64,000 nucleotides of DNA from Negaprion brevirostris (GCA_030324005.1 JARDVH010000001.1:98833997-98897996); one strand, 5' to 3'. Shown: positions 24,570 to 37,370, numbered from the stretch's first letter. Notes: a model not told the origin generated them from the sequence alone. Numbers and translations are program-made.

Positions 24570-24910
24570 TTTATTTATTATTGTCACAAGTAGTCTTACA
24601 CTAACACTGCAATGAAGTTACTGTGAAAATCCCCTAGTCGCCAGACTCAGCGCCTGTTCGAGTACACTGAGGAAGAATTTAGCATGGCCAATACACCTAA
24701 CCAGCGCTTCATTCAGACTGTGGGAGGAAACGGGAGCACTCGGGGAACCCAAGCAGGCTCGGGGAGAACTTGGACACTCCACACAGACAGTGACTCAAGC
24801 TGAAAATTGAACCCAATCTCAAACAAAAAAGTCCCAGGTTCCATGTTGTGAATTTTAGTCTGTGTAAAGTCGATGTCCCCGATGCTGTAAGACAGCAGTG
24901 CTAACTTGTT
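24570..24910 (-). mobile_element. V-SINE, tail type B, with an insertion of about 60 bp in the head
   Basis: Aligns to the other type B copies except at 24815-24874. Confidence 0.85.
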
Positions 24911-26989
24911 CACTCAGAAGTGAAGAATCCATATAAAATATGCCATTATAATCTCCTCTTTTAGGGTTGGGGTCTTAACTATTTTTATTTTCTAAATATA
25001 ATAACTTTGCTATTATAACTGACTTCTGCAGTTTAATTTTATTTAGCAGATAATTGTGAAAAAATTAGGGATGTAGGGGAACTTGATACATCACCGAAGA
25101 TTTCATTTGTGCAGGCCAAACAACTTTCTTTTGTTGAAAATAGGTGACACATAAATATTATTTAATATAATTCAAATTATATTAATTAGAAATGATGCAG
25201 CTAATTAATAAAAGTCAGTTACTGAACTGTAACTTTTTAGTTGAACAAAATTAAATGCTTTGTGACTATAAATTAGAAAAGTAACTGGGCTTTGGAGTTT
25301 CAGTTTCATCAGGTCAGTTCTACACATAGGATATGTGAAACACTTCTCTGATTCTTGAGTTAAAATAAATTGCTTATCGATCTCCATTTTCATAATCTTT
25401 TCACGACTTCACAACACTTGCAAAACAAAGTAATTAACTGGACCATACAGAGTATATGACATGGTTCTTGGAATTTAATTGCAATGTTCTAGTAATTCCA
25501 AGCATAATTAGTTGCAAGATTATAGTACACTGCACATTATGCTTCTTAGTTCTGATTTATTCAGAAAATGCCTTTTGTTGTGCATTTTGGCACATCCTCA
25601 TTACAGTGTATTTGGTCCAATGGATCAAATCAATCATGCAAGGAAAATTCATGAACTGTTAGCCTTGTCATCTCCTGTTAATCTAGAATGCAAGGTTGTC
25701 CTTAAATAGAGCTGGACTCTGAACATTCTCTTAGATACTGATACCACATTGAACCTCAATGATGTGTCCAGGTTTTAATAGCCCATGCCATGAATGGTAA
25801 TGATCTTTCATAAGGAGGAATGGTTCTTTTTGAGATTGGCTTTGTTGCTGATGGTGCAAATATTCAAATTCTCTATTAAAACAAGAATCCTGAACCTGGA
25901 TTGTGTGTCTCACAATCAATACTTCCTTATGTCACAGGCACTGTCTGGTGTGTCAATTGGTGCTTGTTTCATAATTGACTGTTCCATTGTGGCTGTGTCA
26001 TTGTTCATTGGCTTTCCTAAATGTGTAAAGCACTAATTGACAGATGTCACTTTGAGATGAGTGAAGTGCAAAGAGTAATTACAGTACAGAGTAATTCAGT
26101 TTAATTATGTGATATATATTTAAGTTAGTTGCTGATCTTACTGGAACCCTTACATATCTTTTTAAGGTCATGCTTAATGTTCATCACTATGGAACTGCTA
26201 CTGGTTGATCACTTAATTGTATTCTCTTGTTCAATATTTTATATGCTACTCATCAGCTTAGTAAACGGCATTCTCATGAGTTCGGAGTCCCTGTGGAGAG
26301 TTGCTCTTCTTCAGAAGTCTAAAAAAGGATACATGAGCTTAAACATTAACAAGTTACTACTCAGGAGTCCAGTTGCTGAATAATTTATGATAATAACTAA
26401 TTTATGCCAATTACAATAAGAGAAATGTGAGCTGTCTTCAGGAAGAGGATTGTTTTAAGATCGTATGAATCATACAATAGTTAAAAAAAGTGGAAGGATA
26501 TCAATTGTTAAAGAAACTAAGAGTATCAATGTAAGTTTCATCGTGCCAAAGTACTTTTGTCCAGCACTGCATTACTCATTCAAGTCATGTGCTTGAAGAA
26601 TGATTAATGTCCAGAGATTAGTCTGGTATTTTCCAATCTTCCTTTAAACTTTGGTTCAGCAAAACTTCTGCTACTTTCCTCGCTTTTTAAAAAAAATGCT
26701 ACATTTAGAATCTTTATTTTTCAATGGCGCGTACATTTGACTTACTGCAGTTATTTGATCTAGAAGTTTCCAAGAGTTATTACAGAATTGGAAGGATGAC
26801 TTTTTTAGACATTAACAAACAATTCCCTTCACACCTGCATGATATTCTGAAGTCGGTTATTTAGGGAGTAAAACATGCTGATGGTTTCCAATTGCTTGCT
26901 TTTTGTGCCACTGCCCCAAGGCCAATTCCACCTCCAATAAATCTTGAAACAAAATGGATGCAATTCCACAGCTGCAAGATGAAGTACTG

Positions 26990-27325
26990 GCAGCCCTCCA
27001 GGACCTCCTACAAATGGTCATTCCTCATTTGGAAATTTAGTCAGTGGGTGCCAACAGACTATTCAACTGTGTGTGCCATTGTTCTATTGTATTCCATTCT
27101 CTGCCCAAAGGCAGACTCTTGGTTCATTGTCTGCTGATGCTTCACCTTGAGCCATTTTCTTGGCAGTTTTTGTTAGTGGTGGTCTGTCATTTCCTTCCAC
27201 TGTCGGGGTGATGGCTGGAGGCAGGTCCCAAGTCCACCTCAGCCTAAACAGGAATCAATACATGATGTTGGTATTATTCTGAACCACACATTCACCACCC
27301 AGCTAACTGAGGTAACCTGTCCTAA
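26990..27325 (-). mobile_element. Ancient, highly decayed SINE-like repeat
   Basis: Shares motifs (AAATGGTCATTCCTCAT; CCAGCTAACTGAG) with other decayed segments near 38010-38300, 12583, 44370 and 57476. Family unnamed. Confidence 0.4.
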
Positions 27326-27659
27326 TGGACATTATTGTTGCCAAGTTCAATCTCAGTTTGATTTTTCAGTCTCAGACTTTCATCAGTTTGAGTGGACTTT
27401 CCAATAGGGGACAGAGTAGTGATCGGAAGCCAGAATTCTGTTTGATTCTGTCTCATCTGCAATCAACTAAATTCAGCGACTCAATTCGATTAAAACCAGA
27501 GATCTTCAAGCATGTTTAATAACAGACTCTGTTGTACCTTTAGCTGACAATGTGAGTTCTCATCAACGCTGAAAGGAGCATTTTTTAAAAATCTGATTAA
27601 TATTGCTAATATGATGGTGATGCTGACAGCTAACTTCAATAAAGTTCTGTTTTAGTGTT

Positions 27660-28265
27660 CGATGAAGGTATTGAGTTTAGAAATTTGCAAGTGATGTTGC
27701 AGCTTTATAGAACCTCAGTTAGGCCACATTTGGAATATAGTGTTCAATTCTGGTCACCACACTATCAGAAGGATGTGGAAGCTTTGGAAAGGGTATAGAA
27801 AAGATTTACCAGGATGTTGCCTGGTATGGAGGGCATTAGCTATAAGGAGAGGTTGGAGAAACTTGGTTTGTTCTCACTGGAGTGACGGAGGTTGCGGGGA
27901 GATCTGATAGAAGTCTACAAGATTGAGAGGCACGATAGTCAGAAGCTTTTTCCCAGGGTGGAAGAGTCAATTACTAAGGGGTATAGTTTAAGGTGCAAGG
28001 GGCAAGTTTTAAAAGAGATGTACGAGGCAGATTTTTACACAGAGAGTGGTGGGTGCCTGGAACTCGTTGCCGGGGGAGGGAGTGGAAGCGGATATGGGTA
28101 GTGACTTTTAAAGAGCATCTTGACAAGTACATGAATGAGATGGGAATAGATGGATACGGCCCCCGGAAGTGCAGGGGGTTTTAATTAAGTCAGGCAGCAT
28201 GGTCAGTGCAGGCTTGTAGGGCTGAAGGGCCTGTTCCTGTGCTGGAATTTTCTTTGTTCTTTGTT
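27660..28265 (+). mobile_element. CR1 LINE 3' fragment (RT C-terminus and tail)
   Basis: Encodes LYRTSVRPHLEYSVQFWSPHYQKDVEALE and LRGDLIEVYKI; tail GGGCTGAAGGGCCTGTTCCTGTGCTG...TTCTTTGTTC. Confidence 0.95.
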
Positions 28266-28339
28266 CAATGCTGTTACTCTGCTCACTCCTCTTTCAGACT
28301 GAGGGAACCTTGCTGAGCTGTTTGGATGGACAAATTCAC

Positions 28340-28420
28340 GCAATGTTGTGAACTTTCTCGAGTGCAGGATTCACTGTCTGGAATTCCATGTGCTGCAAAT
28401 GTCCTCATCAGCAATGTTCC
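28340..28420 (-). mobile_element. Short Gypsy integrase-like remnant
   Basis: LMRTFAAHGIPDS resembles the LR.IFATHG(I/L)P integrase core motif. Confidence 0.45.
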
Positions 28421-28490
28421 TAGACCTCCATATCCGCACCAGCCCCCCCCCCAGCCCCCACCACTGGTGCCTTTTAGATTGGAGGAGTGT

Positions 28491-28867
28491 CCCTTCTCAC
28501 CGGGATTCCCCCTTCTCACCGGGATTCCCCCTTCTCACCGGAATTGCCCCTTCTCACCGGAACTGCCCCTTCTCACCGGAACTGCCCCTTCTCACCGGGA
28601 TTCCCCCTCCTCACCGGGACTCCCCCTCCTCACCGGGACTGCCCCTCCTCACCGGGACTGCCCCTCCTCACCGGAACTGCCCCTCCTCACCGGGACTCCC
28701 CCTCCTCACCGGAACTGCCCCTCCTCACCGGAACTCCCCCTCCTCACCGGGACTCCCCCTCCTCACCGGAACTGCCCCTCCTCACCGGGACTCCCCCTCC
28801 TCACCGGGACTGCCCCTCCTCACCGGGCGTCCCCCTCCTCACCGGAACTGCCCCTCCTCACCGGCAC
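28491..28867. repeat. 19-bp GC-rich minisatellite, at least about 20 units, truncated by a gap
   Basis: Unit CCC(T/C)(T/C)CTCACCGG(G/A)A(C/T)T(C/G)C directly visible. It explains the three overlapping periodic Pro-rich ORFs. Confidence 0.97.
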
Positions 28868-28967
28868 NNNNNNNNNNNNNNNNNNNNNNNNNNNNNNNNN
28901 NNNNNNNNNNNNNNNNNNNNNNNNNNNNNNNNNNNNNNNNNNNNNNNNNNNNNNNNNNNNNNNNNNN

Positions 28968-29293
28968 AATGGATAGTCAGAAGTTTTTACCAGGGTGGAA
29001 GAGTCAATTGCTAGGGGGCATAGGTTTAACGTGTAAGGGGCACGGTTTAAAGGAGATGTACGAAGCAGATTTTTTACACAGAGAGTTGAGGGTGCCTGGA
29101 ACTCGTTGCTGGGGGAGGTTGTGGATACGGTAGTGACTTTAAAGGGGCATCTTGACAAATACATGAATAGAATGGGAATAGAGGGACATGATCCCCGGAA
29201 GGGTAGGGGGATTTAGTTCAGTCAGGCAGCATGGTCAGTGCAGGCTTGGACGGCCGAAGGGCCTGTTCCTGTGCTGTAATTTTCTTTGTTCTT
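28968..29293 (+). mobile_element. CR1 3' fragment, same subfamily as 27660-28265
   Basis: Colinear with 27935-28263. Confidence 0.93.
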
Positions 29294-29805
29294 TATTAAA
29301 CAAAGGTAACTTTTTTTATTATAACAACTCTTCAGGGTTCAGTGGGATGCAGCATAGTGGTATTTACATCATGTTTTCATTTTAACATCTATCCTTAACG
29401 CAGGGTATTGTACATTCCAAAAGCCCTTAATGCAAGAAGAATGAGCTTTGTTCTCAATATGGTGGAGATATAGAAAGCAACAATAGTTGGTGTATTTGTA
29501 ACTCAAAGGAAGAAGAAAGAAATTAAAGACAAAAAGTGTTTTCAATGAGAGAGCATTGGAGACTAGAGTTAAGAGACAGATCTGTTGTCAGGTAATGCGC
29601 TTTTTTTTGTATCCTATCCAGTCGTGGAGAGGGAAGTGTAAGATGAACTTTTTCTTTAAAAGAAAACAGTGTTCAAATCTTAAGTATACTTGGAATTTAT
29701 AGGAAAATGAGAATTGTTGAAGGCATATTTGGTACAAAAGCTGAGGCCAGGCTTTAGTAATGAGGGCTATATGGAAGTTGTGTTTGGAGTCGGAGAAGAT
29801 AACGA

Positions 29806-29988
29806 GCAAAAGAACTAAGAAAATTAGAGCATAGGAACAGGCCCTTCGGCCCTCTAAGCCTGCATCGACCATGAACTAAAACTCCTTATCCTTCTGGGGA
29901 CCACCTCCCTCTATTCCATCCCATTCATGTACTTGCCAAGACACCCCCCAAAAGTCACTATTGTATCTGCTTCCACTACCTCCTCCAG
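29806..29988 (-). mobile_element. CR1 3' fragment, same subfamily, inverted
   Basis: GGAACAGGCCCTTCGGCCCTCTAAGCCTGCA is the reverse complement of the tail at 29241-29270. Confidence 0.88.
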
Positions 29989-30194
29989 GTAGGATGGATC
30001 CAAGAAAATTAAATAAGGGCGCAATAAGCGGCATTAGCCTTTAGTTAAACATTAATACATATGAAAAAAAAATTCACAGAATAGGGAAAATGAGTATGCT
30101 GTGCCTTGAAGGAGATGAAAAGATCAATATATAATGGCTAATCCAGTGTGTCGAGAGAGAACTAGATCAGCATCACATTTATAAAGAAAAGATA

Positions 30195-30420
30195 GGCTTA
30201 TATTTATAATGCATCTTTCTTGACCTTGGGATATCCCAAGACATTTTGCAGCCAATTAAGTACTTTTTAAATATAGTTCCTGTTATAATGCAGGAAGCAC
30301 AGCAATCAGTTTATAAATCGCAAGCTCTCTCAAACAGATTGTGTTTTCTCAGAGATATTGATTAAATGGGTCGTTGTTAGTCAGGACATTAAAATGGTTC
30401 TGTGCATATCTTCAATCAGG
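30195..30420 (-). mobile_element. Deu-domain SINE fragment (SacSINE1-like)
   Basis: GCAGCCAATTAAGTACTTTTTAAATATAGTTCCTGTTATAATGCAGGAAGCACAGCAATCAGTTT...GCAAGCTC matches my recall of the reversed DeuSINE core and tail. No search was run. Confidence 0.65.
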
Positions 30421-30479
30421 ATAGTAACACAATAATATTGAAAAGCGGATCAAACAAAACTTGACTTTTTATATATAGA

Positions 30480-31582
30480 TACATATAGAATTAAACGGCA
30501 CCCAATCCATTCAGCCTATAGTTGGCATTCCGATAGAACTATCAAATTAATCCCACTCCCTGTGCTCTTTCCCTGTAGCTCTGTTGTCTTTTTCCTGTCA
30601 AATATTTAACGAATTTTCTTTTGGATGTTATTACTGGATCTGTTTCCGTCAGCCTTTCAGATCACGGGAAAGTGAGAGCAGGAATGGAATGGGGTGGAGG
30701 ATGAATGTGTGGCTAAGGGGCTGGAGCAGGGGGCAGGGATTCAGGTTCCTGGATCATTGGGACCTCTTTAGGGGCAGGTGTGACCTGTACAAAAAAGACG
30801 GGTGGCACTTGAATCCCGGGGGACCAATATCCTGGCAGGAAGATTGGCTAAGGCTACTGGGGAGACTTTAAACAAGAAAGGTTGTGGGGAGGGAATCGAG
30901 ATGAGGTGACTGGGAGTGAGGACGTTAGCTCGCANNNNNNNNNNNNNNNNNNNNNNNNNNNNNNNNNNNNNNNNNNNNNNNNNNNNNNNNNNNNNNNNNN
31001 NNNNNNNNNNNNNNNNNNNNNNNNNNNNNNNNNNAATTCAATGGGGTCTTTTAAGAAACTTCTGGATGAGTACATGGGACTTAATAGAACTGACAGTTAT
31101 AGGTAAATCTGGTAGGTAGTGATGTGATTGGCGCAACTTGTGGGCCGAAGGGCCTGTTTGTGCTGTAGTTTTTCTGTGTTCTATGTTCTATCACAACAAC
31201 TTGTTGCATGGAAAATGTTTCCTCATGTCACCCCAGTTCTTGTGCCAATCACTTTAAATCGATGTCATCTGGTTACCAACCCTTCTGCCATTGGAAATCG
31301 TTTCTCCTTATTTACTCTATAAAATCTCCTCTTAACCTCCTGTACTCTTAGGGGAACAACACCAGCTCCTCCATGTAGTTAAAGTCTCAAACCATGATCC
31401 CATTCTTGTGAATCTTCTCCAGACTGACTTTCTCACTAAAATCTGGTGCCAAGAATTGAACACAGTTCTCTAGCTGAGGCTTAACCAGTGTTTCATAAAG
31501 TTTAACACAACTTTTTTGCTTTTGTATTTGAATTCTCAATAAAGCAAATGATTCTGTAAGGTGTTTTAACACCTTTCTGAAC
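30480..31582 (-). mobile_element. Older CR1 3' fragment interrupted by a younger CR1
   Basis: 31387-31572 (-) reads KLYETLVKPQLENCVQFLAP. The sequence resumes across the insertion as CAGATCAC|AACAAC. Confidence 0.8.
30666..31189 (+). mobile_element. Younger CR1: ORF1 esterase part, gap, then 3' tail
   Basis: MNVWLRGWSRGQGFRFLDHWDLFRGRCDLYKKDGWHLN (CR1 ORF1 SGNH esterase) before the gap; FKKLLDEYM and tail GGGCCGAAGGGCCTG...TTCTATGTTCT after it; ATCAC on both sides. Confidence 0.88.
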
Positions 31583-31884
31583 TTGTCATGCCACCTTCAA
31601 AGGTTAAAAAAAAGTGATGGGGTGTGAACTAAAAATACAGTTGGTGACAATGACTTGTGGGGGGTGGGGGAGTGGTGGTGAGGGGAGTAAGAGTTGATTG
31701 GAAACTGTAAATAGTACCTGAGGGTAACGGTTTGTGGGAAAGGTGAACTTGGGGGAAAGGCTCTAATAAGAGGATACTGAGCGTGTGGAAACAAAGCTAC
31801 ATTACAGTGATGTTACTCATTGAGAGAGGATGTCTGGATAACATCTCAGAGGGTAGCTTTAGCGATATATTAGTTTTATCTTTT

Positions 31885-32240
31885 TTATTCAGTGTGAGAC
31901 ATGGGTGTTGCTGGCTGGCCAGCATTTATTGCCCATCCCTAGTTGCCCTTGGAGAGAAGTTGAGAGTCAACCACGTTGCAATGGCTCTGAGTCACAGGTA
32001 AACAAGACCAGATAAGGATGGCAAATTTCCTTCCTTAAAGGACATTGGTGAACCAGATGGGTTTTACTGGCAATTGACAATTGTTTCATGGTCATCAGTA
32101 GATTATTAATTCCAGATGTTTTTGTTTGAATTCAAATTCAAAATCTGCCATGGCGGGATTCGAACCTGGGCCCCCAGAATATTAGTGGAGTTTCTGGATT
32201 AATAGTCTAGCAATAATACCACTAGGCCATTGCTTCTCCG
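31885..32240 (-). mobile_element. tRNA-derived SINE (family C)
   Basis: A box TGGCCTAGTGG and B box GGTTCGAATCCC on the minus strand. Confidence 0.9.
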
Positions 32241-33562
32241 TTGCCTTGGTAAATAGCATGTAAATGAATGTTTTTTGAACAAAGACCATTGCAGCCAGCG
32301 AGATCTTTTCTAGAATAAGAAGCTGAAAAATCCCATTACAATAGACACATTTGCATTAATACGTGACTTTCTATTGAATTGAATATTTTAACATGCTTGT
32401 TTTGACTCTACGTGCCTCAATGAGGATTCATCAACCTGATTGAGGAGAAATGCTGTTTCTTGCCGTATTCACACAGGTGCCAGATCCCCCAGAGAGAACT
32501 CTGTGCTGTTTTGATTACTATTTACCGCAAATCGCAGTGTAAAAACCCACAGAAATTCTGTGGGNNNNNNNNNNTGCCACTGACCGCGAAACCCAAACCA
32601 ATATGTTTAATCGTCATTTTGACTCAATCTTATGTTTATCTTACATTATCATTGATATTCTAGCAAAATGAATATCAGGAGACTTCAGTGTGTACTGTTA
32701 TTTCTTTGTGTGAAAGAGCCCTTCAGATATACAGCACAATTTCATCTTCAATTTTCGTCTCCAGATCTGCCTTATTAAATCTGAAGGTTGTACTCACTTG
32801 AGCAGACCTCAGGGCTGACCTCCTACAGAAGTCTAATAGTCTTTATTTACCTTACAAGTTAAATAATTTAGAGTGAATGATTTGATGAGGCATGAATTGA
32901 AGGTAGACAAAGTAACTCAGCAACACCATAAAATCTAACTGCAGCTTTATGCTCTGACTTCAGCATGAGTGACATTTCAATGTATATTTAACAGAGATTA
33001 GTGTGTAATAAATCCCCAGTGAAATGGGTCATTGCGATAAACAGAGGAAGTCTTTAAAGGTTTTTACAACAGGTATTTCTGCTGTAAGAATCAAAGGCAG
33101 TGCACATGTGGAGGAAGACTCAGCTTAAATCAAATTTGAAGATCCTTCCATGAATGCTAAAAACCTATCTTTGGTTAAGGATTCTAATGGATTTGTTTTA
33201 AAGCAGACAGGAAAAACTCTGATGTGTGCATATGCCAATAATTTGATTCAGTCTGAACATGCAGTGTATAGGCTATATAATATTTAATTATTTTATGACA
33301 CATTTTACAAGGCTTTACCACCCATGGAGTATCCTATTCAGTCCTTTCAACATAGGCTGGTGGTGACAGTTACCCACTACAGCAGACAGAGCAGTTATGT
33401 ATATTTATGTATGCATATATAATGTTATAAGGACAAATAACTAAATATACAGGAGTCCTTATTTGTCAGACAGCCGAATCACCTTTCCTTGTGCTCGCTT
33501 AAATTTTGGTGTATTTCTGTGGACTGTTCAGAAAAGTTGAGAAGTCATTGACTGGAACTGTT

Positions 33563-34760
33563 GGCTGGATTTTAGGGCAACGTGGGTCTCAGTCACTCTG
33601 CTGAATAGTCAGCAAGAACCCTGCATTTCCTCTTTTCGGGAAGACCCACCAATCATGTACCAGCCACAGCACTTAAGAGACCAGCAGCAGTCCCACGGGT
33701 CAGGGACCACGGCACGGGAGTCCTGCCCACTAAGAGCTGCTAGCCAATCAGAGACTGGTAAGTCTATTGGACGGTAGCACATTGGGAGTGGTGGCTTCTG
33801 CCAGTACAATACCCATTCAATACCTTGGCTTGAGGAGGGTTCCAGGCAAGTTTGAGTGATGATGAATAGGGGATCAAGGAAAGAGAGTCGGAGAAGAGGA
33901 GGGGTTGGTAGCAAAGGCAAAGTGGGGGAAGGGAGAGGTGCTTGTGGTCAGCGTGCCAGTCCCTCTTTCCTAATGCTAAATCCCTCAATCAGGCAGTAAG
34001 TGCCTTTGTACGAGGGATCCCTTCAAGATCCTACAAGCAAATAAACTCGGGTTTGCTTGAAGTACTCCCAACATGGCAAGTCTGCTGCTTGGTTAATGCC
34101 AGCAGAATTTCTCCTCGCTCTCCGTGCCCACAATCTAAACTTAGTCAGATATGAACTGATGCCCTGCTCCCCTGCCAGTTCCAGGACTTCCAGTCCTGGC
34201 TCAGTCAGCAGATGACTCACAAGCACTCCACCTCTCCTCTCGGATCTACCCCTGACATTGTGAACCCTTTTTGTCCTTCAAGCATAAGAGGAGAGAAGGT
34301 GAGGTTTCTAATGATGCAGAGGAGAATCCCTTTCTGCCAGACCATCAGTCTGATTCAGGTTACCTAGCTGTCCTTTCACACTCTCTCAGATCATCAGTCT
34401 GATTCAGGTTACCTAGCTGTCCTTTCACACTCTCTCAGGGAAATCCAGATAAGGCGCAGAGCAAGATGCAGATTACAGTGACGAATATATGCATATTCGT
34501 CACTGTAATCTGCCCGCTGAGAGTTGCTAGCTCATCAAAGACTGATAGGTCTATTGAATGGTAGCGCCACTGGAAGGCACTAGCTGCTGTCTGTACAATA
34601 TCCACTCAACACCTTGGTTTGAGGAGGGTTCCAGACAAGTTTGGGTGATGAACTATAGAAACTGGTTGAGGGCTGGGAGATCCCTTCAACCCCCATCCTA
34701 GCACTTAACCAGTTAGTGCCCCTACTTTTCCCACCACCCATTCATCCAGTTCTTGACTGA
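33563..34760. mobile_element. Two related Harbinger-like non-autonomous segments in direct orientation
   Basis: 33764-33862 and 34551-34651 are about 100-bp diverged direct repeats (ACCTTGG.TTGAGGAGGGTTCCAG.CAAGTTTG.GTGATGA). Terminal-like GGCTGGATTTT at 33563. Confidence 0.5.
34338..34438. repeat. 49-bp tandem duplication
   Basis: CATCAGTCTGATTCAGGTTACCTAGCTGTCCTTTCACACTCTCTCAG at 34343 and 34392. Confidence 0.95.
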
Positions 34761-37370
34761 TGAAACTCAAACTCACCCTTGCAGTGCAGAAGATGCCATT
34801 CAGCCTTTATCAACATTGGATCCTGTCTGTTGGCTGGAGTTCACAGCAATTTACTTCCACCGCAATCTCTGTCTGGACCGGGTTGGTCAGTTATGATGGC
34901 CTTTGGTGAACATCAGGTGGAAGTTCAATCTCTCCACATTCATGAACAGCATAGAGGAAGTTGTGCAGCAAGTTCTCTCGGAATCTTGGGAGCGATGCAT
35001 AGGATGGATGACAACATCTTCAAACACAGCAGAAGCCATTGATACCTTTATGATCTTAGTGCAGATCAGTAACTTTTGAAAATAAATTAATTCTCCCAGT
35101 TATCAAATGAAAGAATTGCACTACACAATTCCACACTTTAAATAAGATCTCACAGTACACTGACCAGAGTTACTTGATGCTCTAATCAGTCAAATGCTGC
35201 CTTCATGTCGAGGACATTCACTCTCTCCTCACCATTTATCCATGGCTGTAGTGAGGTCAGGAACTGAATGGTAACCACAAGAGCCAATGTTTATCTGATA
35301 ATTGTCCCTTCAGCCTTTGCTTGTCTTCATCCTCCAGATTCCGGCATATATTTCAAGTTTACGTTAATAGTATTTTCAGATTTCTCTTGACAGCCTCTCC
35401 AATTATGCTCATTATTTGTTCCCTGATGGACATCTCTTCCCTGACTGATTGTCTAATTGAATGCTCTGACTTTGCGAACCTATATTTCAAGCTTCCAACA
35501 AAATTACTAGGGTTGCCTAATCAGGGCTGTTTGAGTTTTTCTTTCAGTTTTCTTAATTATTAATCAATTATTTGCCTAGCTGGCTCTTAATTCTTCTATG
35601 GTGTATACTAATCAATGGATGGATTGATGAACAAGATCGACCTAGTTGGCTCATCAAGCTTTCTTCTTTAATTATCAGCTTTCCCATAGGACGGCCACAG
35701 TTTACTCAATAGAAGCTTCTGAGTGACATTCCAAACATCCCCCTCCTCCAAGATCCCTTCCTCTTCTGACTAATATGTCACTACCGGTTGTCAACGTTCC
35801 AGACTTGGCTGGTTGACACTGGATGCTTTCTCCATCAATGCATAAGACTCTGGTTCATACTCTAAACCTTTTCAATAATAATCAGATCAGATAGCACTTT
35901 AAAAGGTAAAAATATAGATCGACCCAGCTTACTGGTATCAAACACAACACCAGCCTCTGCCTCAAATGTGCACTCTTTGCTAATAACTGTGCTATGTTTT
36001 TATTTATTATGTTGCAAAAATAAATAGGAATAATTTATTCCAGCAGTACTGGATTTTTTTGGGNNNNNNNNNNNNNNNNNNNNNNNNNNNNNNNNNNNNN
36101 NNNNNNNNNNNNNNNNNNNNNNNNNNNNNNNNNNNNNNNNNNNNNNNNNNNNNNNNNNNNNNNNNNNNNNNNNNNNNNNNNNNNNNNNNNNNNNNNNNNN
36201 NNNNNNNNNNNNNNNNNNNNNNNNNNNNNNNNNNNNNNNNNNNNNNNNNNNNNNNNNNNNNNNNNNNNNNNNNNNNNNNNNNNNNNNNNNNNNNNNNNNN
36301 NNNNNNNNNNNNNNNNNNNNNNNNNNNNNNNNNNNNNNNNNAATATTTCAATTGTTAATGACATAGTCACAATGTTTCTATAGCAAGATAATTACTTTTC
36401 CATGAAAGAATTTAAAACCTTTGGGATAAACAATTCCTTTTAGTAGTTAGTTCCTTTTTTTCTGAGGGAAACAAACATTGGTCCTTTGCAGTTAACCGTA
36501 TGCTGTGCAGAATTTTATGACCACAGTTAGGAATTAACTGAATTATTATCATTGGCATTAAACCCAGCCACAATGTAAAAGTACAGCAGAGTACTGAATG
36601 TAGCAGTCTATATTGGAAATTGCACTAGTTATCTTATGCAGCCGATGTGAGTATGCTGGGAAGATGAATTTGGAGGCCTGGGACTTCAAATGTTGGCGAC
36701 ATGGCTACATTCATTGATTTCCATACTGTTCAATATCATATCTGACATGTGGTTTTGCTTCTATATGTTGGTCTAGAAGTAGATTTATACCTTAACTCTG
36801 GGCATTGAAGCAACGTGAGCAGAGAAATTATTTACTCTTTTGTTTTTTGGATTGCAATGTCTATTCTCATTGTTTTCTGCACTAAACTTTGCTGAATACA
36901 CTAATATTTCTGTTGAACAATTTCATTTTTATTCTCTTTCTTCTGATGATTTTCTTTTAGTCAAGACCTCTGATACCTATTTGGTCTTATTGAATTATAA
37001 TAAGCCTGAGCTGTCTGTTCACATTACCATTTGATCTGCCACTACAGTCTTTTCTCCCAGAGATTCTTGGCCAGGGGTTTGTTAACTTACTTTGTTTTAT
37101 TTTATCTAAGCTAGTTTTCTTGTTATTATGGTTTCTTTAACTCTGCACTTACTTGTTTGTCTGCCTGTCTGGCTTCCTCCTGGTACCTCCGCAACATTCT
37201 AGAGGTTCAAACCATGCTGCAGAGCTCCACTGGTGTAATTATTGTTATATTATCCCTCTATAAGACTTAGGAGTTGGATATTTATGCATGCATATATATC
37301 CTGAGTGTCACATTATTCATTTCAGCACTACATTCTTTGCATTGAATTAACAAGATATCAATCTGCAGCA

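Noticed and set aside
28491-28867. CRISPR-like regular array
   Set aside because: Units are contiguous with no unique spacers, there are no cas genes, and the context is vertebrate.
28326-29133. Longest ORFs (175-261 aa, Pro-rich and periodic)
   Set aside because: Translations of the 19-bp minisatellite plus Ns; open in all three frames because the unit lacks stops.
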